This document shows positions 54,216-64,000 of a stretch of DNA of 64,000 nt, one piece after another. Where the stretch lies: contig OZ024752.1 of the NCBI GenBank assembly GCA_964016885.1, positions 13,330,001-13,394,000 of the forward strand. Direction: 5' to 3'. Positions within the stretch are counted from its first letter, which is position 1. Every line of letters begins with the position of its first letter. The notes under the pieces are model-generated. The model searched no databases and was not told the origin of the DNA. It saw nothing but the letters and a program-made list of their open reading frames with translations. Both the position numbers and the translations under genes were made by a program. The stretch comes from Eledone cirrhosa (taxonomy: Eukaryota).

Positions 54216-54900
54216 ATAAGAATATTTATATTTATATGTTTAATACAATTATAAATATGGAGGTTAGTACTAAGTCCTAGTTGGTTACCGGTATGACAAA
54301 AGGCTCATTGCAAATTATCAAGTGTTTTACAGAGCCGAGATACAAAGTGTTAAAACGATCAAATTTTAGTTTAGAACATTTATTTGCTGACAGTTGTTTC
54401 TTCCAGAGGGGAGTCTGGTATCATCGGAGCATAGGGAATGTCAAAACATGTGACTAAAATCCTAGTCATTCAGAACATTTAGGGTACATAATTGTTGTTA
54501 GTGTCATAGACATCATGTGGAGAGTCAGGAGTTAAAAAGATGTTATGCTCGAGAGAGCACAATTACAGGCAGCACTGGTTGAAAGTGTAAGACGTATAAG
54601 CAAAAAGTACAGGTAAAAAAGTTATAAGCAAGGAAAAGTGTGGGTTAGGATAGATATAAGATATAAGATATCTTCACATTGGAGAACAGTTAATGTTATG
54701 GGTGTACACTGCAGAAGTCAATACAGTCAATAAGGCATGTATGAGGAAAGAGTTATAATGCAGTTGAAATAAACATATTTTGTGTGGGGTGTTAAAGCAT
54801 GTTATAATTGTTAAAAATGTTTAAGATAGCGTGCTATTTGTTAGAGAAGCATGTGGTGATAATGTAGGGATTTGTTATGTGTTTTTGTAGGTATATTATC
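54210..54900 (-). mobile_element. Solo PLE pseudo-LTR of a divergent family
   Basis: ttttacagagc..aacatttatttgct resembles the pseudo-LTRs at 20630 and 36742, with a hammerhead at the equivalent position; abuts (TA)n. Confidence 0.7.
54385..54431 (-). ncRNA. Hammerhead ribozyme (U4C variant)
   Basis: rc: ugcu-CCGAUGA-ua-ccaga cucccc ucugg-aa-GAAAC-aacu-GUC-agca. Confidence 0.78.
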
Positions 54901-55276
54901 CTATGCATTTTTATCTACAAATTATCTTTTCTAGGGTTTGTATTAACCGTTATTAATACAAACCATAGAAAAGATAATTTGTAGATAAAAATGCATAATA
55001 TAATATACATACTATAACAGCATGGCCAGTAATTCGGTGGAATTTACATTTAACAAACAAACACCTATTGACTATAAACGACTCAAAATAATCCCATGGT
55101 TAATAGCTGTGATTTACAAACAACCTATACACATACATACGAACTACAACACAAAAACACTTGAATGAAAATCACATATCCAACTCTATCATGTACATTG
55201 AATTACACCTTACATAACAAATGCCTACATTATCACCACGTGCCTCTCTAACAGATAGCACGCTATCTTAAACATT

Positions 55277-55860
55277 TGGTCTTTAAAGCGATGAAATACC
55301 AATGAAGGTTGGCAGATCACTGATGAAGGACTAAATTTATTCATATGTAACCCATTTGCAACCACGCAGCACGCCATGTTTTCATATTCACATATATATT
55401 TTCCTATGATGTGAGCCGTCTGTTTCTTTCTTACTGCTTCCACTTTTCTCTGTATCTCTCACTTCCCTTTACCCCCTCTAACAGTCACTCTCTCTGTTAG
55501 CCTCTTCCTCACCTTTCACTCACTCACTCTCTGCTACTCCCTCTCCTACTTCCTCCCATTAGACCTGTGCGAAATTCTTTCCTTGCTCACATTTCGACCA
55601 GGTTTGATGGTCTTTATTCTCTCTCGTCCACGATGTCACAGAACTTATGTTCATCGATTTCAGGGACTTGACTCCTTCTTCCTCACTTTTCGTTGTATTA
55701 CCATCTTTGATTGTTCACAAACTCGCTCGTTCCCCCTATTTACGTGTCCCAACGACTTTCTTAAGCCGTTGCTCGCACCAACCGGAGATATATGGTCTTT
55801 AAAGCGATGAAATACAAATGAAGGTTGGCAGATCACTGATGAAGGGGTAAATTTATTCAT

Positions 55861-55862
<2 letters not shown>
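55277..55862 (+). repeat. ~520-bp terminally redundant repeat (family F); diverged inverted copy at 58820-59447
   Basis: tggtctttaaagcgatgaaatac..gatcactgatgaagg occurs at 55277 and 55794; a ~100-bp redundancy also occurs at 58821 and 59349. Confidence 0.75.
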
Positions 55863-58818
<2,956 letters not shown>

Positions 58819-59461
58819 CAATAGAAGAAAGAAGAATACTGCGTGGTTGCACATAGGTTACATATGATAAAAATAGTCCTTCGTCAGTGATTTTCCAACG
58901 ATCATTGGTATTCCATCGCATTAAAAATCATATACCTCAGGTTGGTGCGAGCAATAACTAAAAAAAGTTATTGGGACCAGTAAATCGCGTAAAGCGAGGG
59001 GGACAAGTGAACAACATAGAAGGATAAAAACAAACCAAAGAAAGGAAATAAGCAAGCAATATGGTAGCCCTTGTCAGCATCAGCTGGGTGGATTTCATGA
59101 ATCAAAGGTACAGATACGTCCAGCGTGAGTGGGATGTAAGCAAGAAGAGACCCACTGTTAACCAAATGGGAGGAAGTGAGAAGGGGAGAAACAGAGAGTG
59201 AGTGAGTGGAAATGCGAGGAAGCGGTCAGTAGAGAGAAAGTGTAACTGACAGAGAGGGCGAAAGAAGGTGAGAGAAACAGAGAGAACGGGGAAGGAGTAA
59301 GAGAGAAACAGACAAACGCAGCCGAGGTGAATATATATAAAAAACATGAGAAGAAAGAAGAATACTGCGTGGTTGCACATAGGTTAAATATGATAAAAAT
59401 AGTCCTTCGTCAGTGATTTTCCAACCATCATTGGTATTTCATCGCATTATATATATATATA

Positions 59462-61942
59462 TACTCTTTTACTCTTTTACTCTTTTACATGCTCCAGCCA
59501 TCCGGCTGAGACCATGCTGGGGCACCACCCTTGTTGCTACACATTTTATCTCCAGCCTGTATAGGTTGGCCACTGGTGTAAGAGGGAGTTTGTTGCTGCT
59601 GCCCTTAGGTTTCCCCCGTGCCTTGCTGTAGGCTCATCCGGGATCATGGATAGCAAGGTGTCGAGATGTTTCTTGAAGACATCCCCCTCCACATCATGCA
59701 GATCTCTCAGATCCCTCGGCAGCTTGTTGAAGAGTTGAGGGCCCTTGAATCCCAGGCTATTGCAATACCTGCTCCTTATTCTAGATGTGGAAGACGGGAC
59801 CTTTGGCACCACACAATGACGTCCTGTTCGACGGTTGGTCCAGCTCCCAATGCCAAAGTTTGGTGCTAGTCCCTCCAGGATTTTTCACATGTAGATCACT
59901 GCGTATCTCTCCCGTCTTCGCTCCAAGGAGTAGAGGTTCAGTTCCTTTAGCCTCTCCCAGTAGCTTGTCTCCCTCATCTTGGCAATCGTCTTGGTGTAGC
60001 TTCGCTGGATTGCCTCAAGCTCCGTGGTTAGTTTGACACTGTGGGGTTTCCACAACTGGGAGCAATAGTCCAGGCGGCTTAGGACAAATGTCCTCCATAG
60101 TGTCAACATGGTGTCTCGGTCTCTTGTCCGGAAAGTCCTCAAGATCCAGCCAGCGAGTCGTCTGCACATTGTCGCCACTTTCTTGATATGTGAGGAAAAA
60201 GATGCATCATCGCTCATGTCTATATCCAGGTCTCGTATCGATTTTCACACTGTGTAACTGTGTTGTGCTATATTTGTGTTTGCAGCTTTGTATTGTAGGG
60301 CTTGGAAATTGCCAGCATTAAACTGCATGTTGTTTTCTTCCGCCCATTTGTATATGGCATCCAGATCTTGTTGTAAAAGGGCAGTGTCAGCCGGATTTTT
60401 GATTGCCTGTGCTAGCTTAGTGTCATCAGCATAGATAGTGAGGGATGTTGTTGTATGTACTACAGAGGGCATGTCTGAGAGAACCACCAAAAACAGTAGT
60501 GGTCCCAGGACTGTCGCTTGGGGTACCACACTTGTTATTGGTGTTTCCTTTGAGAGAGCCCCGTTTGCTGCGACTGTCTGGCTTCTGTCCTTTAAGAAGT
60601 TATGCAGCCACTCACCTACTTTTCCAGTTATGCTGAGTCGGTGTAGTTTGTGACATATCATTCCGTGGTTGACCTTGTCAAAGGCCTTCGCAAAGTCAAG
60701 ATATATCACATCCACATGTGAGCTGTCTAGCAGTTGTTTCAGTACCCAGTCGTAGTGATGTAGCAGCTGTGTAAGGGAGCTTCTTTATGGGCGGAAGCCT
60801 TGCTGCGTGCTAGTCAGGCGGTCATTTTCCTCGAGGAAAGTGATAAGTTTCTTTCTGATGACTCGCTCCATGACCTTACTGATATGCGAAGTCAGGGAGA
60901 CTGGCCTATAGTTTTTGGCTTCCGCTCTGCTACCTTCTTTATGGATAGGGCATGTTGTGCCTTCTTTCAGCTCCCTGAGTAGTATACCGCTAGCCAAGGA
61001 GCTTCTGAAGAGCATCTTCAGTGGAGTTGCTAAGGCCCGCTTACATGTTTTTAAGAAGACTGCTAGAAACCTATCAGGTCCAGCAGCTGAGTCTGTTCTA
61101 ATTTCATCTATGGCGTATACCACATCCTCCTCCGTTATGTCTATGTGGTTGATGGTCGCCATTTCTTCATGTAGTGTTGTGGCATCAAAGAACTCCTCTG
61201 GCTTTGTTATTTGCATGTGCCTCAGTGGACATGTGAAGACACTTTTGTACTGTTCATTCAGTATTTCACATATATCTTGGGGATTCTCGGTTAATGAACC
61301 GTCTGTATGGAAGAGTGGCCCAATCTTGCAGTGTACCGAGGCAGTTTCTTTTGAAAATTTAAAGAAGACCTTAGGGTTTCTTTTAATATTTTCTATGGCC
61401 CTGCTTTCTTACTTTGCCCTCTCATTTTCATGGGAAAGTTTGAGTGCAATCTCGGTGTCAAGTAGTGCACGTTTCAAATAGGATTCCTTCTTGTTTTTGT
61501 TTTCTTGTTGACTATTCAACTGGTTTGAGAGCTTGGTTCTACGTCTTATGAGGATTTTCCTATCTCTGGGAATAAGATTTTTGTGTCTGTTTGCCTTTTT
61601 CTCCGGGACAAACTTCTTGCATATAGTGTGTATCATTGTCATGAAGTGTTGAAATTGTGTGTTGGTGTCTTGTGTGGCGGTGTTTTCGCTACATGTTTGC
61701 TTCCAGATTTCTCTCTTGATCTTTTCCCAGTTGGCCTTGTGGAAGTTAAGGCTGGATAACGTCCCGGAGCTTCTTGATGGTTTTGTCTCTGTTCGTTCTC
61801 TCGGACCACATATCATTAGCTCTAATAAGTTATGATCCGAGAAAATTGTTGGTGTCACCTTTACATTGTGGATGAGCACTTCGTTGTTTGTAAAACAGAG
61901 GTCCAGGACATTTTCACCTCTTGTTGGGAGGAGTACTGCTTG
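59462..61942 (-). mobile_element. Decayed CR1-group LINE (end of APE domain + RT), 5'-truncated, (GTAAAAGA)n tail
   Basis: [16 protein letters not shown]; AAGPD..NYRPVSLTS..QQGFRP; DVIYLDFAKAFDKVNH..VPQATVLGPLLF..IYADDTK; LDYCSQLW..LYSLERRRER. Frameshifted; tail actcttttactcttttactcttttac on +. Confidence 0.93.
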
Positions 61943-61968
61943 TACATATATATATGTATATATATATG

Positions 61969-62069
<101 letters not shown>

Positions 62070-62074
62070 ATATA

Positions 62075-62129
<55 letters not shown>

Positions 62130-62397
62130 GTATATATATATGTATATGTATATATATATGTATACATATATATATGTGTATATGGTTTCAGAAGATCTCG
62201 TTAAGGGTGAAATCGGCGATTCTTTGCTTAAACTTTAATCTGTTATTTTAATAAATGTATATATATATATATATATTGGTAAACTGAATAGAAAATGCTG
62301 ACAAATTGTTCACAGTTGAAAAATGGTTTAATTAGGAATAAAAGAGTATTAGTGATTGTATGGGTTAGTATTCAGTTGTGGTTTTAAGTTTTTAAGT

Positions 62398-62434
62398 TTT
62401 TACCGGTTGCGCATTTCTAAATGCTTTTCAAAAA
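62398..62434 (-). ncRNA. U3-A8 hammerhead of a different family (GAAA mutated to GCAA)
   Basis: rc: uuu-UUGAAAA-gcauuu ag aaaugc-GCAAC-cg-GUA-aaa. Confidence 0.55.
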
Positions 62435-62501
62435 TAATTTTGAGATAGAGTATCCGTGCTGTTTGCTCTGATCCGTATATATATATGTATATATATATAT
62501 G

Positions 62502-62610
<109 letters not shown>

Positions 62611-62713
62611 GTATATATATATGTATATATATATATGTATATATATATATATACATGTGTGTGTGTGTATATATATATATGTATATATATATGTGTATAT
62701 ATGTATATATATG

Positions 62714-62762
<49 letters not shown>

Positions 62763-62778
62763 ATCTGTATATATATAC

Positions 62779-62809
<31 letters not shown>

Positions 62810-62847
62810 TGTATGTATATATGTAAATATATATATATATGTATGTA

Positions 62848-62916
<69 letters not shown>

Positions 62917-63178
62917 TGTATATACTAAACTAACTCCTGGTGTCTGGAAATTCACATGTTCCAACGATGCTTCGTCTTGATACCAATAGATATTTGTTTT
63001 GTGTTAATAATATAAAGATTGTGAAGTTGATATAAAGCATATTCTAGATTTTCTTTTCACAAAATCTATGCTTCTCGCTTTAATCATTGTACAAAATTAT
63101 TCCAAGAATGTTGAATCTGTTCCAATACATTTTAGTAATGTAATTATATATATACATTTACCGTTTTTTGTTTTATAT

Positions 63179-63188
63179 TGTTTTTCAG
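63179..63188 (+). promoter_or_regulatory. Probable 3' splice acceptor upstream of the GCNT start codon
   Basis: T-rich tract ending tgtttttcag at 63188, 36 nt before the ATG. Confidence 0.55.
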
Positions 63189-63223
63189 TTTTGTCTCTGT
63201 GTTTCAAAGTAAAATCCGCAAAA

Positions 63224-64000
63224 ATGAGAAAAGGGACATCTTTAAAGAAATTGTATTTGATTCTCTTAGTCATATCTATATGCATGGTCTTCTACGCGTT
63301 TCAATCGTCATCTGTAGCCAATAAGACAGATATGAAAAGTATTTATATAGAGAAACAAAGAAATGAGTTTCCCTTTAAAGTAAACAGAAAACATTTCCTC
63401 CCAAACACCAATGTTCCGAATAAACTACTAACTTTACCCAGTGTTACTGTTGAAAAATTATATTTAAATACTTCAAAAATAAAGCATTCCAAAAACAAAT
63501 TTAACTTACGAAACAATAGTGTAAAGCACCTTTCGAAATCACATGCTTTATCTAATTTATTAACCCGGAGAAATTATACAGAGATATTGCGGCGAATGAC
63601 AAACATTTCCAGAGTGAAATTGCATTACAAATTTTATAATGCAAATAAGGTTTCCACCAAACATTTTGAAATGGATTTATTTCTTGATGGAAATGAAACA
63701 TCTGATGATATAAAGTTGCTGTTTGAAAACAAATCATTTTTTACAACAATTGATTGTCGAAAAGTGGCAGAAGGTGATAAAACCGAACTGGATAAGGGTA
63801 TTAACATTCAATATAACATGAAATATGATGGATTGCCAGATTCTTACTTTGTAAATTTGTCTAGGAACTGTAACAATTTCAAGAAGAAACTGGGTTACAT
63901 AACCAGTCCTTTGACTAAAGAGGAGCTAGATTTTCCTCTAGCTTATAGCATTCTTATATATAAAGATATTGAACAAGTAGAGAGACTCTTACGAGTTATT
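63224..64000 (+). CDS. GCNT: Core-2/I-branching beta-1,6-N-acetylglucosaminyltransferase (GT14), partial
   Basis: 259 open codons to the window edge: type II anchor MRKGTSLKKLYLILLVISICMVFYAF, a long stem region, then IDCRKVAEGD..NLSRNCNNFKKKLGYITSPLTKEELDFPLAYSILIYKDIEQVERLLRVI, the typical GCNT entry motif. Confidence 0.92.
   Translation, partial: MRKGTSLKKLYLILLVISICMVFYAFQSSSVANKTDMKSIYIEKQRNEFPFKVNRKHFLPNTNVPNKLLTLPSVTVEKLYLNTSKIKHSKNKFNLRNNSVKHLSKSHALSNLLTRRNYTEILRRMTNISRVKLHYKFYNANKVSTKHFEMDLFLDGNETSDDIKLLFENKSFFTTIDCRKVAEGDKTELDKGINIQYNMKYDGLPDSYFVNLSRNCNNFKKKLGYITSPLTKEELDFPLAYSILIYKDIEQVERLLRVI

Overview
Eukaryotic, very AT-rich, repeat-saturated DNA. Large (TA)n/(TATG)n arrays and two tRNA-derived SINE families suggest an octopus or other cephalopod genome (inference). 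The only host gene seen is the 5' coding part of a core-2/I-branching beta-1,6-N-acetylglucosaminyltransferase (GCNT family) at 63224-64000(+); the upstream ~63 kb is probably intronic or intergenic. Mobile elements: an intact 5.6-kb Penelope-like element (PLE; 819-aa RT + C-terminal GIY-YIG, 1379-bp direct pseudo-LTRs, (TA)n on both sides); a related 5'-truncated PLE with an inverted pseudo-LTR; further PLE relics; two RTE LINEs (one open to the window edge with C2H2 zinc fingers); a decayed CR1-like LINE; LINE 3' ends; mariner/pogo MITEs; Helitron-like elements; and about 19 SINE copies. The main hidden signal: many of the 100-900 bp islands between (TA)n tracts carry a minimal type I hammerhead ribozyme. 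By hand I count about 20 complete or near-complete motifs plus several degenerate or half motifs, from roughly a dozen unrelated sequence families. Many have palindromic stem III loops, and several have recurrent non-canonical cores (U4C, U4A, compensatory U3-A8). Many islands are also foldback palindromes or terminally redundant units. This suggests a (TA)n-targeted community of PLEs and non-autonomous ribozyme retroelements. All folds were read by eye and need covariance-model and cleavage tests. The long I/Y/C-rich ORFs are microsatellite artefacts.
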